From NCBI GenBank assembly GCA_963755025.1, contig CAVWIH010000014.1:32001-96000 (forward strand): a stretch of DNA of 64,000 nt, in the 5' to 3' direction. A program made the position numbers and the translations under genes. The notes under the pieces were generated by a model. The model saw only the letters and a list, made by a program, of their open reading frames with translations. It searched no databases and was not told the DNA's origin. Origin of the DNA: an uncultured Actinomycetes bacterium. GTDB lineage: Bacteria; Actinomycetota; Thermoleophilia; UBA2241. Numbering within the stretch: position 1 is the first letter of the stretch; each line of letters opens with the position of its first letter. Shown here in pieces: positions 53,725 to 64,000 of this stretch.

Positions 53725-54891
53725 GGGGTCTCCTCGAAGCGGTGGTAGTGGAACTCGCGGCGAATGAGGTCCTGGATCTCTTCGGGTGCGATGAGCTTGC
53801 CGTCGATGCGCCCGTAGTCGACCACGCGGGCCCGGCCCCAGACGGCGGCCTGGACCTCCCAGGCGATCTGCTTGAGGTTCATCTCGGGAACGATGATGGT
53901 GCGCACCTGCTCGGCCATGTGGTCGACGGCCTCGGTGGGGAACGGCCACAGCGTGATGGGCCGCACAAGGCCGACCTTGACGCCCTGACGGCGCGCCCAC
54001 TTCATGGCCGCGCGGGCCGAGCGCGCCACCGAGCCGTAGGCGAAGATGGCGACCTCGGCGTCTTCCATCTCGAGTCTCCTCGACGCGGCAGATGGCGTCG
54101 CGGTGGTGGTAGATCTTCTCGCGCAGGTAGCGCCCGAGGCCCGCGGCGACGGACGGCGTGCCGGTGGCCGGTACGCCCCCGCGGCTCGAGTCGTAGACCA
54201 GGCCGGTGACGTGCACGGAGTAGCGCGAGCCCAGCGCGGGCCGCGGCATGATGTTGTCGACGGTCGACATGACCTCGTCGTAGTCTTCGGGCGGCACGTC
54301 GGGCTCGCCGCGCGCGGCGATCAGCAGCTCTTCGGGCAGCGGCAGGGCCACGGCTTCGCGGAGGTGGCCGATCGTCGCGTCGGAGAGCAGGATGACCGGC
54401 GTGCGGTACGCCTCGGCCAGGTTGAAAGCCTCGACGGTCAGCGAGAAGCACTCGGCCACCGAGCTCGGCACGAGCGCGATGATCGAGTGTTCGCCGTGAG
54501 TCCCCCAGCGGGCCTGCATGACGTCGCCCTGCGAGGGCTCGGTCGGCAGTCCGGTCGACGGGCCGCCGCGCATGACGTCGACGATGACGCAGGGCACCTG
54601 GGCCATGCTGGCGTACCCGATGCTCTCCTGCATGAGCGAAAAGCCGGGGCCCGACGTGGCCGTGAGCGCCTTGGCGCCGGCCAGCGAGGCGCCGATGACG
54701 GCGGCGATCGAGGCGATCTCGTCTTCCATCTGCACGAAGTGGCCGTCGACCTGCGGCAGGCGGCGCGACAGCACTTCGGCGATCTCGGTCGAGGGGGTGA
54801 TGGGGTACCCGGCGAAGAAGCGCGCGCCGGCGGCGATGGCGCCCTCGGCGACCGCTTCGTTGCCGGCGATCAGGCGGCGCGGCTGGGGCAT
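53721..54891 (-). CDS. korA: 2-oxoacid:ferredoxin oxidoreductase alpha subunit (frameshift near 54070)
   Basis: GNEAVAEGA, GYPITPSTE, QMEDEIAS, TSGPGFSLM, RGGPSTG, VPEMN. Confidence 0.9.
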
Positions 54892-55127
54892 CAGTCTCTG
54901 CCTTTCGCGGGGCACGACGTCGATGGCGAAATCGGGGCAGTGACGTTCGCAGAAGAGCAGGCCGTGCAGTCGGCCAGGCGGGCCACGACGGGGCGACCGA
55001 AGTCGTCGCGGTCAAAGACGTCGGTCGGGCAGAAGGCGATGCAGATGCCGCAGGCCTTGCAGAGTTCGAGGTCGATCACGACCGCCTCGGGGGCGCGGCT
55101 TCTTGCTCTTGTGGAGGCGTCAGTCAT
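54891..55127 (-). CDS. korD: 2[4Fe-4S] ferredoxin, 2-oxoacid oxidoreductase delta subunit (compensating indels)
   Basis: CKACGICIAFCP and, after a slip, CTAC(L)FCERHCPDFAI. Confidence 0.8.
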   Translation of the reverse strand: MTDASTRARSRAPEAVVIDLELCKACGICIAFCPTDVFDRDDFGRPVVARLADCTACSSANVTAPISPSTSCPAKGRD

Positions 55128-55300
55128 CAGTGTCGCTAAGCGGCAGCCGCAGCCGCCCCCTACGGGGAGAACGACGACCGTTACTGCCTGCATAGAGTGT
55201 ATGCGCTGGGGCCGAGCAGCGCCACCGCAAAACGCGGGTCTTGCGCTCTTGTCCGGCCCGGATCGTCAGGTGAGACGCCGGTGTCGTCGTTCGGCCGCGG

Positions 55301-58177
55301 TCAGTCGAGGAGCAACCGCTCGGCGAGCAGCTCGAGAGGGTGGCGGGCGGGCCGGTCGGCGAGGTCGGCGATCTGCGAGCGGCACGAGGTGCCGGTCGCC
55401 AGCAACGCCGCGTCGGCGCCGGCCGCGCGCAGCGCCGGCAGCAGGGCGCGCTCGGCGATGCGCACGCTGAGCTCATAGCGTTCCTTGCGATAGCCGAACA
55501 CCCCCGACATGCCGCAGCAGCCCGCGTCGAGCACCTGCAGGTCGAGGGCGGGCACGTAGCGCAGCGCACGCACGGTATCGTCGGCCCCGAACACGGCGCG
55601 CTCGTGGCAGTGCGGGTGGACCACGGCGCGGCCCCCCGGCGCGAAACGCAACCGGCCGGCCGCAGCGTCGTCGGCGACCAGGCCGAGGCGCGGAGCGCGC
55701 CGCCGCCGCCACGGCGGCCGCCGCGGCGTCGCCGGGCAGCAGCCGGCGCCAGTCGTCGCAGACCATCGCCTGGCAGCTCGGTTCGACGAAGACGATCGGT
55801 AGTCCGGCGGCGGCGTGCGGCTCAAGCGCGGCGGCAGTCGCGCGCGCCGCGCGGCGCGCCTTGTCGATCATGCCCACCGACAGCATGGTGCGCCCGCAGC
55901 AGCCGGCGCTCACCACCTGCGGCGTGTGGCCGGCGGCGCGCAGGAGCGCGAGCAGCGCCTCGCCGACGTGGGGCTCCTGGTGCTCGATGAAGCAGTCGGC
56001 GAAGACGATGAGGTCGGCGGGCGGCGCGACGGGCGATCGTGGCGCGCGCTGCGTGAACGAGCGCCGCGCGAAGGTCGGCGCCGGCCGCCGCGGGTCGACG
56101 CCCGCGAGCGGCAGGAGGGCGCGGGCCGCAGGCCCGCGCCCGAGCGCGTTGACCAGCGGCGCGAACGGAGCCGCCAGGCGCGAGAGCGTGCGCAGGTTGG
56201 CGACGGCCACGGCGAGCGGCGGGGCGCCGTCGCGGGCGTTGCGCTCGGCCAGCCACTCGGCTTTGAGCGTGGCCATGTCGACCGCCGCGGGGCATTCGGC
56301 GCTGCAGGCCTTGCAGGCGACGCACGTGCCGAGCACGTCCTCGAACTCGTCGCTGCCGATCTCGGCGAGCGGCACCGCGCCGGCGACCACCGCCTGCAGC
56401 AGGTTCGCGCGCGCCCGCGTGGTGTGCCACTCGTCGCGCGAGACCGCCGCCGGCGGGCACATGGTGCCCGTCTGCTTCTTGCACAGGCCCGCTCCGAAGC
56501 AGCGCTCGACGGCGCGGTCGAAGCCGCCCTCGCGGGCCCAGGAGAGCCGCGGCCGCCAAGCGCCGCCGCCGCGGTAGCCGGCGCCCAGGCGCAGGTTCTC
56601 GGCGATCGGCGGCCCCTCGACCTTGCGGCCCGGGCTGAGCTGCCGCCGCGGGTCGAACAGGTCTTTCAGGGCGACGAGCTCGCCGTACAGCTCGGGACCG
56701 AACAGCTCGGCGTTGAACCACGAGCGCGAGAAGCCGTCGCCGTGCTCGCCGAGAACGAGCCGTGGCGCTCGGCCACGAGACGGCCGACGTCGCGGGCGAT
56801 GGCCTGCAGGCGCTCCACGCCGACGGCCGTCTTCAAGTCGATCATGGGGCGCACGTGCATGCAGCCCACCGAGGTGTGGCCGGTAAAGGAGGCGCGCGCG
56901 CCGTGCGACGCGACGACGCGCTGGAACTCCTCGACGTAGTCGGCGAGGCGTTCGGGCGGCACCGCGGTGTCCTCGACGAACGACTCGGGGCGCTCGGCCC
57001 CCGGCGCGCCCATGAGCAGCGGCAGCGTAGCGCGGCGCAGCTCCCAGGCCTCGGCCAGGGCGGCGGGATCTGCGAAGAAGACGGTGGTGCGCGCGCCCAG
57101 CCCGGGCGCGACGGCGCGCAGGCGGTCGAGCCCGGCGAGGCCCTCGTCGCGCGTGCCCTGGTACTCGACCAGCAGCACGGCCGGGTCGTCGCCGTCGAGG
57201 ATGGGCCCGAGGCGCGTGAAGCGCTGCAGGTTGGGCGAGCGGCGCAGCGGCGCCAGGTCGATGAGCTCGACCGCCGACGGCTCCGTCGGCAGGATGGCGA
57301 GGTTGGCCTCGAGCGCGGCGCGCAGACTGGCGAAGGTGAGCGCCGCCAGCGGCCGCGACTCGGGCCGCACGTCGAGCTGCACCTCGATCTCGGTGAACAG
57401 CAGAAGCGTGCCCTCGGAGCCCGCGAACAGGCGGGCCAGGTTGGGCTGGGGCTCGAGCAGCTCGGGCAGGTTGTAGCCCGAGACGCGGCGGGCCGTGCGC
57501 GGGTAGCCGGCGGCGATGCGGGCGCGCGAGCGCGCCCGCATCGCCGCGAGGCCAGCCGCGAGCGGCCCGCCGCTCCCCGCCGTCACGCCGCTGCGCAGGT
57601 CGTCGCCGTCGCACGGCCCAAAGGCGGCCGCCTCCCCCCCGGCGAGCACGCCGCGCACGCGCAGCAGCTTGTCCTTGGTCTCGCCGTAGATGATCGAGCG
57701 CGAGCCCGACGAGTTGTTGCCCACCATGCCGCCGATGGTGGCCTGCTCGACGGTCGAGGTGTCGGGCCCGAACTCGAGGCCGTAGGCGGCGGCGGCGCGG
57801 TTGAGCGCGCCTTGGACGACGCCCGGCTCGACCCGCGCGATGCGGCGCTCGGGATCGATCTCGAGGATGCGATCGAGGTGAAAGCAGTCGATCGCGATGC
57901 CGGCGCCGAGCGTCTGCCCGGCCAGGCTCGTGGCCGCGCCGCGCACGCACAGCGGCACGCCGTGGCGCGCTGTGATCTCGGCCGCCGCCGCCAGGTCGTC
58001 GACCGAGCGCGCCACCAGCACCGCGTCGGGCAGCACCCGGTAAATCGAGGCGTCGGTCGAGTACAGCCAGCGCGACAGCGGACTCGTACGCACCTCGCCG
58101 GCCACGTGGCGGGCAAGCTCGGCGGCCGCGGCCAAGCCGCGCTCGCAGGGGGCAGCTATGGCGGCGTCGGCGCTCAT
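55301..58177 (-). CDS. FAD-binding and Fe-S-binding D-2-hydroxyacid dehydrogenase (YdiJ/GlcDF-like); frameshifts near 56750 and 55690
   Basis: YSTDASIY, GSEGTL, GEHGDG, CFGAGLC, CVACKACSAECP, two CCG domains. Confidence 0.88.
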
Positions 58178-58305
58178 CGGCCAAGCATAGACGGCGGCGA
58201 GAGGGCGACGCCAGTGAGGGCGCTCCGGCTGGGGCAAGGGCTGTCCTTTGGCGCACGCCAGGGCGCGCGCTGCCGGCCGGGCTCCGCCGGGTCGCCTCCT
58301 GTACA

Positions 58306-59640
58306 GTGGACGTACGCGCCGGCGCCGGTCCGGCGCCCCCTCACGATCGGAGCAGGCCCACGGCGTCAGACCCCAGAGTCGAGTTCCTGAAGACCCTGGC
58401 GCGAGAGCTCGCGCCGCTCGGGCAGACGGCTGCCGAGCTCACCGAGCAACTCTCGGGCTGCAGCGAGGGGCTCGACCTGGCGGCCCACTTCTTCGTGCTG
58501 CCCACCGTGGTGCAGATCATCTACGAGGAGTTCGGCGAGGAGCACATCGCCTTCGTCCCTATAGGGCGGGGCAGCGTCGACCTGGAGACCCACGCCCTGC
58601 TCGAGAACATCGCCGTCGATGCCGGCAAGGGCTGGATCAGCCCGCAGGCAGGCACCGAGCGCATCGCCGCGCTGGTCGCCCACCGGCCGCGCTTTCCATT
58701 GTGGCTGCGCCTCGTGGCCGGCGGCCTCGGGCCGGCCGCCATCGCCCTGCTGCTCGGCGGCGGTCCGCGCGAGGCGCTCGCCGCCATGGGCATCGGGCTC
58801 GCGGTGGCCGTCTTTCACGGCCTGGCGCGACGCAGCTCCCGCCTGGAGGGGCTGCTCGAGCTCTCGTCGGCGGCCTTCGCCGCCTGCCTCGCCCTGCTGC
58901 TCGCCCACGTCCTGCACCGCTTCGACGCGACGACCGTGGTGCTGGCCGCCATCGTGCAGCTGCTGCCCGGCCTGCGCATCACCCAGGGAGTCTCCGAGCT
59001 CGCCGCCGGCGACCTCGTCTGCGGCACCGCACGCCTCGCCGGGGCCGCCGTGACGCTGCTCAACCTGAGCATCGGGGTGGCGATCACCTGGACCGTCTTT
59101 CGCCGGCTCCACGAGTTCCCCGTGCTCAGCCGCGCGCACGGCGCGACCGCCGCCATGCTGGTGCTCGCGGTCGTTGGCGCAGCCCTGGCCTTCTCGGTCT
59201 CCGAGAACGCCCGCCGCCGCGACGTGGGCTGGGTGTTCGTCGCCGTGATCACGGCGACGGTCGCTAGCCGCTTCGGCGTGTGGGCGCTGGGCACGACCCT
59301 CGGCGTGGGCATCGCCAGCCTGGCCGTGGGCCTCGCCGGCAACGCCTACTCGCGCTACCTGCACCACCCCAAGTCGACCATCACGGTGCCGGGGCTGACG
59401 GTGCTCGTGCCAGGGGCGCTGGGCTTCAAAGGCGTCTTCAGTCTCGTGAGCAAGGGCGGCGTCGGCGGCGTGAACGTGCTCGTCACCACGCTGCTGCTCG
59501 CCGTGGCGCTCGTGGTGGGCTCGACGATCGCCGAGGCGATCGTGGCGCCGCGCACCCTGGCGCAGCGCGTGAGCGAGCCGCTCGCCCTGCCGCCGCGCCT
59601 GCCCCGCCTGGGGCGCGGCAGGCGCGTCCGGCGGCCCTGA
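58306..59640 (+). CDS. ThrE-family threonine/serine exporter
   Basis: About 10 TM helices; LLPGLRITQGVSELAAGDLVCG and VPG..VLVPG motifs. Confidence 0.8.
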   Translation: MDVRAGAGPAPPHDRSRPTASDPRVEFLKTLARELAPLGQTAAELTEQLSGCSEGLDLAAHFFVLPTVVQIIYEEFGEEHIAFVPIGRGSVDLETHALLENIAVDAGKGWISPQAGTERIAALVAHRPRFPLWLRLVAGGLGPAAIALLLGGGPREALAAMGIGLAVAVFHGLARRSSRLEGLLELSSAAFAACLALLLAHVLHRFDATTVVLAAIVQLLPGLRITQGVSELAAGDLVCGTARLAGAAVTLLNLSIGVAITWTVFRRLHEFPVLSRAHGATAAMLVLAVVGAALAFSVSENARRRDVGWVFVAVITATVASRFGVWALGTTLGVGIASLAVGLAGNAYSRYLHHPKSTITVPGLTVLVPGALGFKGVFSLVSKGGVGGVNVLVTTLLLAVALVVGSTIAEAIVAPRTLAQRVSEPLALPPRLPRLGRGRRVRRP

Positions 59641-59703
59641 CCGGTCCCGCGCCGGGGGCGCAGCAGGCGCGTCGGACGGCTCTGACCGGCCTCGCGCCAG
59701 GGC
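59610..59703. repeat. Imperfect 45-bp tandem duplication that includes the thrE stop codon
   Basis: ggggcgc(g/a)gcaggcgcgtc...tgaccgg..cgcgcc occurs twice, period 45. Confidence 0.65.
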
Positions 59704-59773
59704 TCGACCGGCGCCCGCGCTTGCTATACTGAAGATCCGTACGGTGACGCAACGACAGGGGGGCAAGCCGCTC

Positions 59774-60420
59774 ATGGCCGACAAGATCGAGTTCGTCCGT
59801 AACTACTCCGACCACTCGACCGACAACGGCTTTCAGTTCGAGTTCACCTGCAACCGCTGCGGCAACGGCTACAAGACGCCGTTCAAGGCCTAGACCCTCG
59901 GTTCGGTGAGCCAGGTGGCCGACGGCGCCAGCAGCATGCTGGGCGGCCTGTTCAGCCGCGCCGCCGACGTCACCCAGCGCGCCAAGTCGGCCGCCTGGGA
60001 GAAGGCGCGCGACAAGGCGATGGCCGCGGCCGTCGCCGAGATGAAGCCCGACTTCGTGCAGTGCCCGCGCTGCAGCGCCTGGGTCTGCCGCGCGCAGTGC
60101 TGGAACGACAAGCGCGGCCTCTGCAAGGGCTGCGCCCCCGACCTGGGTATCGAGACGTCGGCCGCGCAGGCCGACCGCTCGGTCGGCGAGGTCTGGGCCA
60201 CGCCCAGATGAGCGCCGAGGACAAGAAGCTCACCGAGGGCGACTGGCGCGAGACGATCGTCGCCTCCTGCCCCTCGTGCGGCGCGCCGCAAGAGATCAAC
60301 GCCAAGTTCTGCCCCGGCTGCGGCGCCGACCTCAAAGCCGGCGCCTTCTGCGCCCAGTGCGGCGCCAAGCTGCAGCCCGGCGCCAAGTTCTGCCAGGAGT
60401 GCGGCGCCCACACCGCGTAG
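59774..60420 (+). CDS. Multi-zinc-ribbon (double zinc ribbon) protein; in-frame TAG at 59891 and frameshift near 60200
   Basis: MADKIEFVRNYSDHSTDNGFQFEFTCNRCG, CPRC..VC...CW...LCKGC, then four CxxCG motifs. Extended -10 TGcTATACT upstream. Confidence 0.7.
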
Positions 60421-60427
60421 CGCCTGC

Positions 60428-60462
60428 GGCCGGGGGCGGCCAGCTGGCCGCCCCCGGCCTTT
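60428..60462 (+). terminator. Intrinsic terminator
   Basis: ggccgggggcggcc-agct-ggccgcccccggcc-ttt. Confidence 0.7.
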
Positions 60463-60543
60463 GCGCCTTCGGCCAACGACGCGCTATACTACCCCCCCGG
60501 GTATCCTGCCCGAGGCCGCGATAAAACCGACGAGCGAGGGTCC

Positions 60544-60774
60544 ATGGCCACGTACGATCTTGTGTGTCTCGAGTGCGGCCGCGATTTCGAGGTCTTCGTG
60601 CCGGGCTTCATCAAAGACGAAGACCGGCAGTGCCCGGCCTGCGGCTCGTTCAAGACCCGGCAGAAGTACTCGGCCTTCCTCACCAACGCCTCGACCTCGT
60701 CGAGCTCGTCGAGCTCGTCGAGCTCCGCCGGCTGCGCCGACTGCGCGCAGGGGTCGTCGGGCGGCTTCACCTGA
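60544..60774 (+). CDS. FmdB-family zinc ribbon protein
   Basis: MATYDLVCLECGRDFE...CPACGS...Ser-rich...CADC. Confidence 0.8.
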   Translation: MATYDLVCLECGRDFEVFVPGFIKDEDRQCPACGSFKTRQKYSAFLTNASTSSSSSSSSSSAGCADCAQGSSGGFT

Positions 60775-60859
60775 GGATCCTGACCGGGCGCGTGCGCCCG
60801 TAACGCGAGATAACGCGAAAGCCCCGGCGACGCCCGTCGCCGGCTGCTACGATATTCCC

Positions 60860-61862
60860 ATGAACGTGCTTGTCACCGGCGCCGCCGGCTACATCGGCAG
60901 CGTGATCGCCGCGCGGCTGCTGGCCGCCGGCCACGCCGTCACCGTCTACGACGACCTCTCGCGCGGGCACCGCGCGGCCGTACCCGCCGACGCCGCGCTG
61001 GTCGAGGGGGACATCCGCGACACCGAGCGCCTCGCAGCGGCGCTCACGCACGGCGCTTGCGACGCCATCGTGCACATGGCGGCGCTCGCCGAGGTGGCCG
61101 AATCGGTCGCCTTTCCCGAGCGCTACCACGACGTGAACACGGGCGGCACCCGGGCGGTGATCGAGGCGGCCCTGGCCGCCGGCGTCTCACGCATCGTCTT
61201 CTCGTCGACGGCGGCCGTCTACGGCGCGCCCGACGCGATCCCCATCGACGAACGCGCACCGCTCGCGCCGGCCAACCCCTACGGCGACAGCAAGCTCGCC
61301 GCCGAGCGCCTGCTCGGCGAGGCGGCCGCCGCCAGCGGCGGCCGCCTCGCCACGGTCGCCTTGCGGTACTTCAACGCCGCCGGCGCCGCCGGCCCGCGCG
61401 GCGAAGACCACGCCCCCGAAAGCCACCTCGTGCCGCTGGCCCTGGCGGCCACCCGCGACGGCGGCGTGCTCAAGATCTTCGGCGACGACTACCCCACGCC
61501 CGACGGCACCTGCGTGCGCGACTACGTGCACGTGAGCGACCTGGCCGCGGCTCACGTGGCCGCGCTCGAACGGCTGCCGCAGGCGGCCGGCGCCTACAAC
61601 CTGGGCACCGGCCGGGGCAGTTCGGTGCGCGAGGTGGTGCACGCGGTCGCGGCCGCGACCGGCCGCGCGCCCTCGGTCGAGAGCGCCCCGCGGCGCGCCG
61701 GCGACCCGCCGGTCCTCGTGGCCTCCAACGAGCGCGCCCGGCTGGCGCTGGGCTGGCAGCCGCGGCGCAGCCTCGACGACTATCGTGGCCGACGCCTGGC
61801 GCTGGATGGGCGACCACCCGCGGGGCTACGACGACAGGGGCGACGCGCCGCGCTACAGCTAG
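60860..61862 (+). CDS. galE: UDP-glucose 4-epimerase (frameshift near 61780)
   Basis: LVTGAAGYIGS, FSSTAAVYG, NPYGDSK, LRYFN, DYPTPDGTCVRDYVHV. Confidence 0.92.
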
Positions 61863-61957
61863 GCAGCACGCGAGCTCGGGCGATGCGCCGCGACGACTCA
61901 CGCCAGGGTGCAGGTCGACGAGGCGCTGCGGCGCCGGTGGTCGGCGCGGAACGGACC

Positions 61958-62383
61958 TCAGGCGGGCGACGAGGCAGGCACGGGCGCGAGCTCGGCGAGC
62001 GTGACCTGACCGAGCACGTCCATCATGCGCTCCTGAGCCAGGACCCAGACCTCGTGCATGCGGCAGTCGCCGCTACGCCGGCAGTCTTCGGGCCACAGCA
62101 CGCAGCCGTTCAGGGCGATGGGCCCGTCGACGGCCTCGACGATCTCACGCACGGTGATGTCGGCCGGCGGGCGCGCCAGCGAGAAGCCGCCGTGCGCGCC
62201 GCGCTGCGAGACCACGAGGCCGGCGTGCACGAGGCTCTGGAAGATCTTGGCGAGGAAGCTCTCGGGGATGTCCTGCTCGGCGCCGACGCCGTGCAGCGAG
62301 GTGATCTCGCCCACGGGCCTGCGCGCCAGATAGGTCATCGCTCGAATGGCGTACTCGCCGCCTCGTGTCAGTTGCAGTCCCAT
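61958..62383 (-). CDS. Rrf2 family transcriptional regulator with three Cys (likely Fe-S)
   Basis: EYAIRAM, FLAKIFQSL..AGLV.SQRG..GGF.L, C-x6-C-x5-C. Confidence 0.9.
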   Translation of the reverse strand: MGLQLTRGGEYAIRAMTYLARRPVGEITSLHGVGAEQDIPESFLAKIFQSLVHAGLVVSQRGAHGGFSLARPPADITVREIVEAVDGPIALNGCVLWPEDCRRSGDCRMHEVWVLAQERMMDVLGQVTLAELAPVPASSPA

Positions 62384-62409
62384 GATCCTCACCCGCGCCG
62401 CGTAGCAGT

Positions 62410-62467
62410 CGGATAGTTTTTGTCCGTTTCTACGCGTACTCTAGTCGGCCAACGGCGCGGGCGTCAA
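62410..62467 (-). promoter_or_regulatory. Rrf2 promoter and candidate autoregulatory inverted repeat
   Basis: TTGACG-18-TAGAGT on the minus strand. Palindrome CGGATAgttttTGTCCG at 62410-62426. Confidence 0.5.
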
Positions 62468-62651
62468 GCAAGCCTGGGCGTTGCGGTAAGCGAGGCCGGG
62501 CGGCGAGCGACGCGAGCCTCAGACGTTTGTTAAGCAAGCGTTAAGGACTGTTACAGGCCGTCCGATAGAGCGGCGAGGCCCCAAAGTCGGTCGCATACTA
62601 CAAGCAGCTGCCCGCGCCCTTGCCCGCCGTTGTACGAAAGGACTTGTCGCG

Positions 62652-63275
62652 TTGCGGAGACACTACGCCGTCGCCGGCATCGTCGTTGCCGTCCTGGTCG
62701 CCGCCCTCATCGTGTTCGCCGGCGCGCGCTCGCGCGGCGACGGGGCAAGCGGCGGCGATGCCCACGACGCCGACGCCGCCACGCTGCCCACGACGCGCCC
62801 CGCCCCCAGCGCCGAGAGCCCGTCGCCCACCGACTACGCCGCCATGGTGGGGCTGCTCAAAGCGCGCTACGCCCGCCAGCCGTCGAACGCGACCGCCCTG
62901 GCGCTCGCCGACGCCTACCTCATGACCGAACAGCCGGCCAAGGCGCAGCGCCTCTACACCAGGGTGCTGGCCAGCGACCCCGACAACGAAGACGCCAAGT
63001 CGCAGCTCGCCCTGGCGTTGCACGCGAGCGGCCACGACGACCAGGCCCTGGGCCTGCTCACGAGCGTCCTCAAGGCCGATCCCCGCAGCCAGCTCGCCCA
63101 CTTCAACCTGGCGGTCCTCTACTTCTCGGAGCAGAAGTCGCGCCAGGCGCGCGACGAGTGGCGCGAGGCCGCCGCGATCGATCCCGACACGAGCATCGGC
63201 CACACCTCGCAGAGCTTCGTGAACCTCATGCAGGGCGTCACGGGCAGCGGCGCGGGCGCCGCGAAGGGCGGCTGA
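62652..63275 (+). CDS. Membrane-anchored TPR repeat protein
   Basis: N-terminal TM helix; TPR motifs (LADAY..., AHFNLAVLY...W..A..IDP). Confidence 0.75.
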   Translation: MRRHYAVAGIVVAVLVAALIVFAGARSRGDGASGGDAHDADAATLPTTRPAPSAESPSPTDYAAMVGLLKARYARQPSNATALALADAYLMTEQPAKAQRLYTRVLASDPDNEDAKSQLALALHASGHDDQALGLLTSVLKADPRSQLAHFNLAVLYFSEQKSRQARDEWREAAAIDPDTSIGHTSQSFVNLMQGVTGSGAGAAKGG

Positions 63276-63384
63276 CCGGCGCGGCGAGGCGCGATCGACG
63301 GCCCCGGCGCACGATGGCTGACCCGCCGGACGACGCCGCGAGGTCGTGACCGACCCGGCACACCGCCCAGTCGCGCTACGCGAC

Positions 63385-64000
63385 CTACCTGACGAGCTCG
63401 AGGCGCGGATTGGGCCGCTCGACGCGGCCCTCTTTGGCGCAGGGGCGGCCGTCGACCCGCACGACGTCGGCCGTGAAGTCGAGCTTGCCGCGCAGCAGGC
63501 TCGAGCCCACGCCATAGGCGTCGGCCGGCACGCCGCTCCTCTCGAACTCGGCGATGCGCTGCGCGTCGAACCCGCCGCTCACCACGATGCGCACGTGATC
63601 GAACCCCTCGGCGTCGAGAGCGCGGCGCACGTTGCGCACGAGCTGTGGGTTGACGCCGACCGGGCGGAACTGGCCCATGCACTCCCACAGCGAGCGGTCG
63701 ACCATCGTCTCCGAGGTGTCGAGCCGCACGCCCCACAGGCGTTCGCCGAGGGCGCGGGCGCAGGCCAGCGAAGTCGCCACGCAGTCGTTGTCGAAGTCGA
63801 CCAGGGCGATCACGTTGACGTCGGGGTAGAGCACGTCGGTGAAGGCTTCGGAAGCCGCCACCGTGTCGCCGGCGTAGGCGGCGATCAGGCCGTGCGGCAC
63901 CGTGCCGCCGCCCTTGCCACCCCACCACGAAGCCTGCTCGTCGGTCGACACGCCGATCGCCCCGGCGATGTGCGCCGCCCAGCCGTCGCCGGCCTGCACG
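63385..64000 (-). CDS. Nicotinate phosphoribosyltransferase family protein (5' truncated)
   Basis: GTVPHGLI, LVDFDNDC, GVRLDTS, IVVSGGF, YGVGS, FTADVV. Confidence 0.85.
   Translation of the reverse strand, partial: VQAGDGWAAHIAGAIGVSTDEQASWWGGKGGGTVPHGLIAAYAGDTVAASEAFTDVLYPDVNVIALVDFDNDCVATSLACARALGERLWGVRLDTSETMVDRSLWECMGQFRPVGVNPQLVRNVRRALDAEGFDHVRIVVSGGFDAQRIAEFERSGVPADAYGVGSSLLRGKLDFTADVVRVDGRPCAKEGRVERPNPRLELVR

Noticed and set aside
52834-54960. Apparent korD-korA and korA-korB fusions
   Set aside because: Explained by indels. Normal TGATG and ATGA junctions are visible between the genes.

Overview
High-GC (~70%) bacterial chromosome segment, most likely an anaerobic or microaerophilic actinobacterium. 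A Thermoleophilia-like lineage is inferred from the GC content, TCGA richness, leaderless genes and anaerobic enzymes. Roughly 25-30 single-base frameshifts in otherwise intact genes point to an uncorrected long-read assembly rather than pseudogenes. Layout: (1) 1-22.2 kb, a surface-polysaccharide locus with GT2/GT4 glycosyltransferases, AsnB, a deacetylase, FemAB/GNAT transferases, an epimerase, a priming sugar-phosphate transferase and three related secreted beta-helix proteins; it embeds an RraA-aldolase / two ATP-grasp / reductase operon. (2) 23.2-38.1 kb, a complex I (nuo) operon with a Rex-like operator. (3) tatBC, PBP1A, iorAB-ACT-paaK, a small signalling-like cluster, korDABC, an FAD/Fe-S dehydrogenase, thrE, galE, an Rrf2 regulator, a TPR protein and a partial nicotinate phosphoribosyltransferase. 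The most striking feature is in the nuo operon. NuoI is split between its two ferredoxin motifs, and an electron-bifurcating-type E/F/G(Nfn/GltD) input module sits between the halves, giving NuoI(N)-NuoE and NuoG/Nfn-NuoI(C) fusion proteins. No rRNA, tRNA, CRISPR array or transposase was recognised.
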